A DNA stretch of 64,000 nucleotides from Bugula neritina (taxonomy: Eukaryota > Animalia > Bryozoa). Made by a program: the position numbers and the translations under genes. The notes beneath the pieces are model-generated. The model was not told the origin of the DNA and searched no databases. It saw only the letters and a program-made list of their open reading frames with translations. Numbering within the stretch: the stretch's first letter is position 1; each line of letters starts with the position of its first letter. The stretch is taken from contig OZ037772.1 of assembly GCA_964035545.1 (NCBI GenBank), forward strand, positions 2,046,001 through 2,110,000, written 5' to 3'. Shown here piece after piece: positions 42,001 to 53,000 of the stretch.

Positions 42001-44413
42001 AAGGTTGGTGACTATACACTGATATCTAGATATACTAAGTTGAGACTTGTCTTCTACTGGTCCATACAGTTCAAATATGATAAACACATGTATAAATACA
42101 ATAATCTATTCATAGCCCAAAGTCTAACCACCAACTAGGACGAATAAATAAGACGGTGGCCTGACACTACTACTACTACAACTTATATAACTTATACACA
42201 GCAGACTGTTAGGAGTATTTGAATCTGAGGCTATCCAATGTATGAGTAGGGCAGCCCTAAATGTAGGATATTGGAATACCATGTCTTATTACTTCAGTCT
42301 AAAGCAGTGTTTATACCTTCACGATTTTCAGTCAGAAATTCAATTTTGCCGAGTTGCATTTCATTGTAAAAGCCAATCATAAAAATTTTTGCTTTGTACA
42401 TGCTTAATCAAATAATTTTAGAGTAACAATCAAAGGGAATGATAACTCCTTTAGATATGGGGTATTCATGTTTATAATTACATCGGCTGTCTTTTTCAAT
42501 TATCACTTATGCTGTCAACTTAATTTATTACGTTTTCAAAGGGCATCAAATAGTGATTAAGCGAGTTATATTTGAGTATTACAGAGTGAGCTCCCTTATT
42601 AATATGATTTCAACAACTTTAAGTAAGACTATAGAGGGGCGGGAAACACTGAACTCCTTTTAGTAAAGATAGAAACGCAACTTCAGTTTAAACTGCTTAC
42701 ACACATAACTGTGTGTTCACTACCGAGCAGTGTACACTGATAAATCAGTGCTTCAACTGAAACTTGTAAGTAAAAGAATGAAGAGCCCAATTGAGTATAA
42801 AATGTAGAGAATAATTGAACTGAACCTTTCTTATGGCCAACTGGTGTGTCCACGTTATACGTTACTACAGCCTTTTCCTTTTTCTCTTTCACTTTTTTCT
42901 AGAAAAATAACAACAATCAAACTTGAAGAAAATAAAATAGAAATTGTTAGCTGCAGATACAGACAACTTCCAGGTAAAAGTACAGCCATACAGCCGCAAT
43001 ACGAATATGCAATTCAAGTAACACTTTCATGTAGAAGTACAACCATAAATACGAATAGAAAGCAACACAAGTATATACATTTAAGAGCAGTAGTGTAGAA
43101 ATCGAGATAGCCTAGGTTCTTTAATCTTAATATCAAATTTTGGTTTGGGGTGCGGCTTGAAATTCTAACAAGAACACAACTTCTCATGCTACATTTCTAA
43201 TCTATAACAGAGGCTTTTCTCAATTTCTCCATTACTGCACCTACCTTAGTATATATAGAACCTGTAACTAACTAAACAGACACCTCAGTAGTCGTGGCAG
43301 ACTCTGCCTTCTGTTTAGCCTGCTTAGCTTGAAACTTGGCTAGTTTAGCAGCTTCAGCAGCTTCTTTTTTCAACACTTTCTCAGATTTCATCTTGACCTC
43401 GCCAGTTGGCGCATCACCAGAGTTCACTTCCGACATGTTCGATTATTGTGAAACTTCTCTTAAAACACAGTCAGCCGTCATGGAACTAATAGATATCTCA
43501 ATACTAAACATACAAACTACTGACCCAGTATAGTTTTATACAGATATCTTAATACTAATAATATAAACTAATGGCTCAGTATTGCCTTAGTTATGCGTGG
43601 GAGTTCAGTGATAAAACTCCTATAAACCACACAGTTCAATAATGAAAGACTGTGACTTTTCACAAACAGACATCTCATCTCTGATTCTAATGAGACATCA
43701 CGAAATTTTCAGACAAACGATATTGCATTTCAACTTTGTGACTATCACATAATAATAATCATTGTCATTTGAAAGATTCTGCTAAAATCGAAATGCCAAT
43801 GTTAATCACAAGGTCAACCATATATGACTCAGTCTGATGACTGACGGTTATGCTTAATGATTAATTAGTAATATGAATAGATTGCAAGTGATCAGCATGA
43901 TGATGGTGATGATTGCTTTTCACCATCAAAGGTCAAACTTTGTAATTGCAGCTTGAAATGTAAAATTAAATAATATTACTTTTATTTAATTATACAAGTA
44001 TAACTTACTATCATAACAATATTCAACTTTATGTAGTCATTATGCACATGATAACGGTTTACCTTTTACTTTAGGTGATAATTATACTATTCACGATTAT
44101 CATTATGTCTACCATTATGATTATCTCAACTTTAACTTATCAATTACGATAATTAACCATTTATTTTTAATGATAAAAATTTAAATCATTGAATGAACAC
44201 TAAAAGTAATTTAAATTCACACTTTTATTATCATAACTATCAAATTAATATTAATAGGCATATTTGATTTTTAGATTACAATAATAATTATCAAATCATG
44301 GTATAGAATTAAATATTATAGTTAATATTATTATAAATATAATTAATATAATTGTATTTATTGAAACTAAAATAGTAAAGTAAACTAAATGAATTATCGA
44401 CATGAGTATGAGT

Positions 44414-44800
44414 AGGCCACAACTAGAAGGTGCAGCAGCAATTTGAGATCCCCGTTTGCAATACCTCATTAAAGATATAGAACAGGTGCAAAATAATGCA
44501 ATCAGATTCATTGCTAAATTGAAAGGCAGAGACAGTATCACTGTGGCACGTGGCAAACTAAACCTAGAATCTCTCCCCGACAGACGCTTCAAGCTGAGGC
44601 ACAAGTTACTGTTGCGACTTCTATCTAATGAGGGAAATCAGGCATTTCTAACCAACTCCTATGAGCTGATGAACAGTAAAACCTAAAATACTAGGTTTAC
44701 TAAGGCATCAAGCAGGGACGATCCCCCAACCATTTTTGCAAAATCAGCAGCCTACTACAGCAGCTTCTTTCCAAAAACAGCCCGGGAGCTTAAGTCTATG
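44414..44800 (+). mobile_element. 5'-truncated non-LTR retrotransposon fragment (CR1/L2-group ORF2 C-terminus)
   Basis: RPQLEGAAAI*DP...IEQVQNNAIRFI...LNLESLPDRR...SFFPKT matches the RPxLEYxxxxWxP...ExVQxxAxR...SFFPRT pattern; contains in-frame stops. Confidence 0.8.
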
Positions 44801-46523
44801 CTAAATAATTAGTCAATACACCAGAGTTGTATATGTGCAACATACTGAAAATACTTGCTAGCCTGTAATCGGCAACTGTAGAGGTGTGCCTCTTGCTACA
44901 TGCTCTAATGCGTGTAAGAGGTAAGAGGACTATCAATATGACTATCAATATGACTAGGAGTACCCAAGTACCAGTAGACATAGTAGCTGTAGAAAGTCTA
45001 TCCCAATCAGTAACTGTAAGCCGTAAGGGCTAAGACTATCACTAGGAATATAAAAAACTATAACTTGAGTATAACTAATTGAAGGTGAGTTAATATAAAT
45101 TATTTTAATAAATATAATCACTACAAAATGAAATATTCATTATAAATATTTATACTTTTATTTTATAATAATTTTTAAATTTATTTAAATCATTTTATTT
45201 AGGTTCATCACCTTTCATTATGATTAATGAAATTCATAAATCATATTCATAAAGATAATGATAATGACTTAAAAAAATGAAAAGTGATAAACCCATAATC
45301 ATAATGATTATTAGTATCATTTATCGCTTATCAGTGATACTCATAATCATAATGATGATCTTGATCATAATCAATATGAATATCAATATCATGTTATACT
45401 TATACTTAAACTTATACTTATAGTTATTGATTATTCAATAATTATAATTGATTGATTCTTATTCATATTAATAATGAATAAAAAATTATATCAACACTAC
45501 AACTTACTACATCAAGATTGACGCATAGTATAATACACACTGGCACTGGTACTACAATAATAATAATATTCAGAAATACTTGAAGCATACAGAAAATGAT
45601 AAAGATGATGCAAGAGCCAATACACACATACAATTAGAAAAGCAACCGCGTCGCTTTGATCTTAAAGAATCGCTAGAAGTTGTACCAAGTTTGGAGTCAG
45701 TGAGTGCAGCGTTAAAGAGATGCAATAAACCACTGAACCTAGTGGCTACCAACTTTGTGCTATTTCAAGTTGAATGCAACAAAAAGAACCCTAAATTATT
45801 ACTCTGCGGGTTGATACGATAAGACTGACGATCGAGTTTAGCAGATATATGTATATATATATATATATGGTGACAGATCACAGTCTTAAAAAATTAGGCG
45901 ATTCGCAGTACTTTGCTTTTAAAAGTTTCAGTTTGCACAGTGTGGTTAATACAATATAATATCATTATTATTATTATATATCCTACTGAGTTTGCAAATC
46001 ACTACTAGTACTGAAATGGAAAAATAGTGTTGTATGTTATTAGGATACTATGCAATAGCCATAAACATAATATCATAATATATATATATTAATATATTTA
46101 TAGCGTATGTAGAATTGAAATATTATGTGGCAATGATGATAGCTATCATTATCATAATCATTTCGTTTTGCCTTTTTACTTTTTAGTTTTTAGTTAAGAC
46201 TAGTCTTAACTAAAAACAAAAAAGTAAGAGCTGAGACTTACTACAGTTTGAGTTTTACTTTTAGTTTACAACTTACTCTTAGAGTAAGAGTTAGAGTTAG
46301 TGAGTAAACTTAGTTTTATCATATTGATTTTCACTTTAAATTGAACAGTTATCACTTATCCAGTTGATATTCATATTGATATTGGTATTGGTTATGACAT
46401 TCTGATAGTGATTCACTTCAAGTCAATAACTGACCCTATGATAATCATAATGATTATCATTATGATAAACTTAGTCTTAGAGTTAGAGTTCATCACTTCT
46501 TGAGCACCAATTGATACTAATAC

Positions 46524-46795
46524 TGTAGTAATTTGTGTAACTACTATGCGTGGGTTCCTAGCTTGTAATTATGTCTATTTATCTACACCAATAAAGTATT
46601 TAAGTAAGAGTTTCCAAAGTTTATTTACTACTAATTATATAAAAGATACAGCACGTACACAGATTAGAGATTACATCTTCACTTAGTTAACACGCTCTCT
46701 CTACTGCAAAACTACTACTAGCTGAGGGTTATCACGTGATGCACACGGATAGGCTGAAGGAATACGGGGGACGCGCGTATTACGTCCTCACTACA
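46524..46795 (-). repeat. 3' LTR of element B
   Basis: Matches 53822-54093 with two A/G differences. Confidence 0.97.
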
Positions 46796-46806
46796 CCGCC
46801 CCCCCA
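46796..46806 (-). promoter_or_regulatory. Polypurine tract of element B
   Basis: Minus strand TGGGGGGGCGG abuts the 3' LTR. Confidence 0.8.
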
Positions 46807-47146
46807 GCAGAAAGCCCTACTTTCTGATAACACAGATACAATAAATTCGAACATAAAATGTTATAAAACTAAAAAAAACCGAGAGCGTGTGGCACATAAA
46901 AGAAAAACCTGGCTATGTACAGTAATAAGAAAACATATACATATAAAAAAATATAACAGTAAATACACAATGGCACCGGCGGGAGGCACTTATAAAGGAA
47001 TAGTTTATAGAGGTAGAGCTGTATACTGGTAGGTTACTATACACTGTTACACTGAGTAATTGTTTGTGAGCACCGGCGTGAGAAGGGTCTGGAATGGGGC
47101 ACCACCTGCTGTACCATCACGGATAGGGAGAGGAGGGACATCATCT

Positions 47147-48235
47147 TCAAGCACTTCCTTTCATTCGGGCTACAGAGGCAGAGAGAGCCCGGAGTTCTGA
47201 TGCAGCGGCGGAGATTCTCGGTGTCAGTCTTTGCACCTCTTTCTCTAATTCTCGTATCCGCTCTTCTGCCTCGCCTAGATTCCGGGCAGGGGCAGAGTGT
47301 CGGTTGGGGGATGAAGATGGCCAACGCCGTTTACGAGAAGGCCTTGGGGAGACAGGGGGGGAGGGACGCCATCGCTGTGGTATATCAATGCGTCGTAACA
47401 CGACTCTTGGTATGGAGTCGGGGCGGGGCACTGTGCGTGCGGGGGGTGAGGGACGGGATACGCGTGGTTTCCTATATCCGGGTGGTTTAGGGCAGGGTCC
47501 CTGTGTGATGGTCCTGGGTGCGGGGAATTCCTGACGCAGCCGTTCATATCGAGCTGGGTCTGATATGAACGGTCGGATGAGATTAAGGAATTGTGGAAAG
47601 GAGGGTTCGTCGACTTCGAACAGGTGTCCAACATGGCATCCCATAGTTCGCTGGTGACGGAGGATGTAGTCCCTGTGGTAACTATATTCACCACAGGGAC
47701 AAAAGGTGGTGAAATAATGTTGGGGAATATGAACTCGAAGTCTTCGTGGAGTAGTGAAGTGAAGCTGGCATAAACGGCAGGTGGTGCATTTGTCGTCTCC
47801 CTTGTGCTCTCGTATCAGTGTTTCTGTATCTGGTGTAACCCAGCATGACTGCTGTAAGAGTGCCTCCGGAAGAGTAGTGGGAACGGGTTCCTCGTTCCAA
47901 GCCATTTCTAGTGACGGCATGTCACCAGAGAGAGGAGAGAGAGCGGTATCTAAAAGAGCAGAATTACTGTTAGATCGAGTATGATCTTTACACCATAATT
48001 CTGATGACAACCGACTGTTACTAGTCTGGGAGTCATACATCTTTTCAGATAGCACTCGAGGGACTGAGTCGTGTCGTGTAGACTGACAGAGAGACATAGT
48101 GTCAAGCTCCAGATCTAGTAGATCGTCGGCCATCTTTATGTTCTCGTCGCCTTTCACGTAGGACTCAGTCCCCAGTAGTTGTGATTCAATCAAGGCGATT
48201 AAATCAGAACTGACTGATGGTAGACTGGTTTCCAT
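47147..48235 (-). CDS. ORF3 of element B: 362-aa non-env protein with C2H2-like zinc fingers, PxVxL motif and C-terminal coiled coil
   Basis: Intact ATG-to-TGA ORF between integrase and PPT on the element's sense strand. Motifs: CRLC-x12-HIPQH, CPC-x12-HQRTMGCH, PRVVLRRI, PSRKRR, LGEAEERIRELEKEVQRL. No signal peptide or transmembrane stretch visible. Confidence 0.8.
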   Translation of the reverse strand: METSLPSVSSDLIALIESQLLGTESYVKGDENIKMADDLLDLELDTMSLCQSTRHDSVPRVLSEKMYDSQTSNSRLSSELWCKDHTRSNSNSALLDTALSPLSGDMPSLEMAWNEEPVPTTLPEALLQQSCWVTPDTETLIREHKGDDKCTTCRLCQLHFTTPRRLRVHIPQHYFTTFCPCGEYSYHRDYILRHQRTMGCHVGHLFEVDEPSFPQFLNLIRPFISDPARYERLRQEFPAPRTITQGPCPKPPGYRKPRVSRPSPPARTVPRPDSIPRVVLRRIDIPQRWRPSPPVSPRPSRKRRWPSSSPNRHSAPARNLGEAEERIRELEKEVQRLTPRISAAASELRALSASVARMKGSA

Positions 48236-48300
48236 GAGTGGAAATGTTAGCTCAGAGCAAGCTTACCTGAGAACCCGGTATTTGTAATCATACTCAGCGT

Positions 48301-50014
48301 TCAAGCTTGGATGTCCGTGGATTGAGTTTGAATGCGTCTTCCCTTGACAACGTCAGCGTACGAAAAGACTGGGCAGCGTGGTTGTTGCGCACGGCTGGAA
48401 CTATTTGCCCCGGGCGTAGTAGTTTTGTTTACTACTCCGCCTTCGCAAAAGTTGAGATTTCCGTGGTGTTCACAACTCCCACGCTTTGTTGCCAGTCCTT
48501 CCGTACGGCGCCCGGCTAGACTTTCATAACTGCCGTTTGTAACACGGTCACATATGAAATCTTTAAGGTATGCTGGGGGTTGTCTAGTACGCTGTCCCCG
48601 TTCCAGGGGAGGTGACGTATCAGCTGGAGAGGGAGTTGTAGCTGGTGGTTGGGGCGGCGTACTCACTGGTGGGCTATTTTGCTCCACCTGTGGTGTTTCT
48701 GGCCCGCCGTTGGTGGTGGTGTTCCCCTCTCCGCTGTTGTCTCCAGATGGAGCCCCTCCCACGGGGGGGGTTTTGCACTTCCGGATGCGGATGCGGAACC
48801 GGAAGTGGTGGGGGTAGACTTGGTAATCGGGGCGGTGGGCGCACTTCCGTTGGTGGGAGTGGCGTCTCCTGCCTCACCAAGTCCTCTCTCCGCGGCACAA
48901 CCACTTCATATTCTGGTCCATGCCGTTGCCGCCCACGCGTTACTGTCTGCCTCCTGGGCTCCAACAACGGGGGGGCTGCTCCTGCTGCTCCTGGGCTAGC
49001 CCAATACGGTTTCAAGCGGACTTCGTTCTGGACAGAGACCTGTCCAGATCGCTCCAACTTGTACGTATGATTGGGCATAGCCTCAACTACTACGTAGGGT
49101 CCCACAAACTTAGGCTGGAGCTTAGCCGCTTGTCCTCGACGCCTACGGTAGTTGACCATCCACACCCAGTCCCCAGTTTGATAGAGGGGTGGTTCCTGAG
49201 AGTCCTCTCGCCGTACCTGCCACTGCTTCGCCCGCAGTATTTCGTGTGCGGCCCTCAGGTCCTCTACCAATTTACTGGCATACTCGTGGATGGTATAGTC
49301 CTGCTCTGGGATGTGGTATGTGAGGTGGTCAGGCACTCGCGTCTCTTGACCGAGCATCAGGAGGTTAGGGGTTTCCCCCGTACTGGTGTGTGGTGTACTA
49401 CGGTAGGCCCGCATGACTTGCGGCAGTACCGTATCCCACTCCTCCTGACCCCGGCCGAGGAGCAGACTGCGCAGTGCATCGCCCAACATGCGGTTGTTGC
49501 GTTCCACCACCCCGTTGCCCTGAGGATGGTACGGGGTGGTCCTGCTTTGGTTTACTCCCCAGAGGCGGCAGAGGTCGCTCAACAGTTGGGACTGGAATTG
49601 AGCCCCCTGGTCCGAATGTATTTGCTCAGGTAGTCCAAGATAGCAGAATACATTTTGGTCCAGCACCCTGGCCACCGTGGGGGCGGACGCATCTGGAATA
49701 GCCAGGGCGTCCGCCCACCGTGTAAAGTGGTCGGTTAATACTAGGATCCAACTGTTTCCTCTGGGGGTGACGGGCATGGGTCCGACTAGGTCGATAGCTA
49801 CCACCTGCCATGGCCTCCCAGCATATAGCCTACGCCGTCCCGCTTCACCAGGGAGACGGCCATGCTTGCTGGCCTGGCAGATTTCGCATTGTTTGACTCT
49901 ACGCCGCACCTCACGCTCCATGCCGGGCTAGTACCACCGGAGTTGTAACTTGGAGAGCACCCTGCTCACCCCGGCGTGGGCTTGCTTGTGGGTGTCCCAT
50001 ACTAACTCTTGTCG
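48301..50014 (-). pseudogene. Integrase region of element B, disrupted
   Basis: HHCC, D-D-E (IDLVGP, HSDQG, VERNN), GPY motif and RGQRTRQPPAYLKDF tail are present but split by a 1-nt deletion (~50014, relative to element A), TGG>TAG (49930-49928) and an apparent frame change at the G8 run 48763-48770. Confidence 0.88.
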
Positions 50015-53000
50015 ATGGCGGCTGGGCAGATCACCCTCTTCCTGCCGTACTGGTTGTTGTGAGCAGCCACTGTGATGGTCAGCAGACCATCTGGCCCGAT
50101 CCGCAGGGAGTCCCAACGTTGGCAGTACGACCGTAACTCGGTGCATCCCTGCCGCAGTTGTTCTTCACTGGGTCGTCGCCCCTCCTTTTTGGCACGATAT
50201 ACGTCGGCTACCACTCCAGGGAGGTCCTCCTGGAGTCTTCGTAGCTCCCTAACGTTATCAGCCAAGACAGGATTGGCACGGAGGCGTTGGATAGCCTCCG
50301 GGGGCGTAGCGGCCTTCTGTAGGAGTTGACCCTGGTCCCAGTCATACTCCGTTTCAGAGTGGTTCAGTGCTCTCAACTCGGATTTTGGGGGACCTCCGTC
50401 CCTCTTCTCGATGTTGAGGCACTGTTTACACCCCTCGTCCGGTCGCCGGCTCAGTCCATCAGCATTGCCGTGTTTCTTACCGGGTCGGTGCTCGATCCGG
50501 TAAGAGAACTCGGCCAGGACCTCGAGCCATCGGGCGACTTGGCTGGACGGTTCTGCTCTCTTACATAACCAAATCAAGGAGGCGTGGTCGGTCCGCAAGC
50601 GGAACTTCCTGCCGTATAGATAAGGTCTGAAATGCTTCACTGACTTGATTACTGCCAGTAATTCCTTTCGGGTAGTGCAGTAATTTCGTTCAGTGGGCGA
50701 GAGAGACTTACTGTAGTAGGCCACGACTACTTCGCGGCCCTCCTGCACCTGGGACAGCACAGCGCCGACATTTTGGTCACTGGCGTCAGTATCGAGGATG
50801 TACTCCAGGGCAGGGTCTGGATAGGCCAGGATAGGGGCCTCCAGCAGGCGGCCCTTGAGGCAGTCGAACGCTCTCTGTTCGACGGGAGTCCACTGCCAGG
50901 TCACTCCCTTTGCGGTGAGCCGGTTTAATGGCTGCGCTACCCCCGCAAAGTCTGGTATGTATTGCCTGTAATACCCTACCAGCCCCAGGAAAGCCCGTAG
51001 CCCGGTCAAATCCTGGGGGGTTACCCAATCTTCTATAGCTCGTACCTTTTCGGGATCCGTCGCCACACCGTGACGGCCGACGATGTGCCCCAGGTACTTC
51101 ACCTCTGGCTGCAAGAGAGCGCACTTGGAGGGTTTGAGCTTCAGATTGGCGCCTCGGAGTCGATCGAAGACCTCCCGCAGACGGCTGACGTGTGTCTGAA
51201 AGTCTGGGGAGATCACGATGACGTCGTCGAGGTATACTAGCAGTGTCTTCCAGTGGAGTCCACTGAGGACCTGTTCCATGAGCCGCTGGAACGTGGCGGG
51301 GGCGGAAGTCAGTCCGAAGGGGAGGACTTTCCACTTCCATAAGCCGTCCCGCGTGATGAACGCCGCCTTCTCCTGGGCGTCTGGGCTGAGGGGGACCTGC
51401 CAATAGCCGCTCAACAAGTCTAGCGTACTGAAGTACTTGCTGCCGGCTAAGGCGTCCAGAGATTCGTCGATCCTGGGTAAGGGGTAGGCGTCCTGTATGG
51501 TCACGCTATTGAGCTTGCGATAATCCACACAGAACCGCCAACTGCCGTCTTTCTTTCGGACCAGAACGACCGGTGAACTCCACGCACTATGTGCTGGCTC
51601 GATGAGGCCGCGGTCCAAAAGATTCCGGACTTGTTGGCTGACCTCCTTTTCCTTCTCGGGTCCCAGCCTCCTAGTGGGCTGCCTAATAGGGGTAGTCCCT
51701 GCAGCCAGCGGTATCTCATGACGGACGGCCGTGGTCAGGCCGACGTCATGGTCCCCACTGCTGAACACGTCGCTATAATCACGTAGCAACTGAGCCATAG
51801 TCTGGCGTTCCACGTTGCCCGTGCAGCCGCCACACGCTGCCTGGTATAGCTCTTTGACGTGTTTTGGGACGGTCCCCCGCCTAACTGACGGGCTCTGTTG
51901 GGGACCTTCCGTCGCAGCTCCCAGCGACGGCCCTATATCCTCCTCCTGGATGGAGTGGAAGCGACCCAGCATGGATCCTGACGGTAATTGTACCGCTTCG
52001 GAGAAGGGGTTGACACACTTCACCAAGATCTCTCCTCGGTCAGTCAGCCGGTTAAGGCTGCTGGCGAGTTGGATTCTAGTGTGCGCACCTTCGACAACCC
52101 CCAACCCCGAGAGTTGGCTATTGTTCACTCTGCAGTGAACGGTAGCCCGGGAGCAGCCGGGTATAGTACAGTTACGTACTACCTGCACACCTCCCGCTAG
52201 AGGACGACCGAACTTGTCGACACAGGTGAGCTCTTTGCCGCCCATTAGCATGGCTGACTTGCTAAAGTCAATATGGCACCCGTGTCTCTTCAAGAACGAC
52301 ATCCCCAGTATGGCATCTTCCTCCAGTGGGCTGATGACGAAGGTTTCCTGAATGGCCTGGTCGCGGACGCGCCCAGCCAATTCTATGATACCGTAGAAAG
52401 GAATCCGTGACCCGTCAGCTAGGGTGCCCGGTTCCCCGGTATAGGGAGCTAAGGCTCCCCTCTCCTTGAGAGGGAGGGTGTCGAAGACCCGACGGCTGAG
52501 GAGATTAGTGGTACACCCGGAGTCTAACAGGAAGGTGACAGCTTTACCGGCCACCTTCCCTGGTAAGAAGTAGCTGCCTCCGTGTGGTTGTACCCGTACT
52601 CCCCCAGCGTGCTCGGTCTCGGCCGAACGGGGCTGTGCCCGTTTGTTCCGCGGTTTGCGGGGCCGGTGAGAGTTTCCTTGCGGGGAGGTGTTTTGATCCT
52701 CCCCGATGCCCTGAGGGGCCTCGCTGGTCTGTTCCATTACTGGTAACGGACCGAAGCGGTTGGTGAGAGGCAGAGAGAAGGGGTCTCGTGGTCGACCCGG
52801 TTGGCTGGTTCGGCGAGGTGTTTGCCATTGACGGGGGGTGTGCTGCTGGGCCCGTACGGGCTCCTGGCGACATCCACCCCGTTTTCCTCTCGGTGTGGGC
52901 CCGCGGAGCTCTGGGGGTCTCCGGGGAGGTTGTGGCTTCTGCTGCCGTTTGAATTGTGGGCCGCTCGGGTGGCGGTGCCCCTGGTTGCCGCTTTCCCAGC

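Larger units (their letters stand above)
35372..43436 (-). pseudogene. VARS1: Cytosolic-type valyl-tRNA synthetase, N-terminal portion only, probably a decayed duplicate
   Basis: Exons 43436-43284, 42898-42826, 41796-41689, 41537-41411 ([13 protein letters not shown]), 41043-40879 ([10 protein letters not shown]), 40594-40513, 40359-40240, 39935-39782, 39201-39067, 38329-38248 (KPQWYV), 36855-36694 ([12 protein letters not shown]), 35477-35372. Lesions: acceptor at 40596-40595 reads GG; the AVKITPAHD exon(s) are missing (phase 1 to phase 2 mismatch); no DEDVLDTWFSS, KMSKS or anticodon-binding exons found. Confidence 0.88.

Noticed and set aside
45570-45830. 80-aa ORF in an AT-rich region
   Set aside because: No recognisable motif or splice structure.
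46736-47032. ORF MMHTDRLKEY... also seen at 54034
   Set aside because: Shared only because it starts inside the LTR; diverges at the LTR edge.
47147-48235. ORF3 as an envelope glycoprotein
   Set aside because: No signal peptide or transmembrane segment visible; the motifs point to a nuclear protein.
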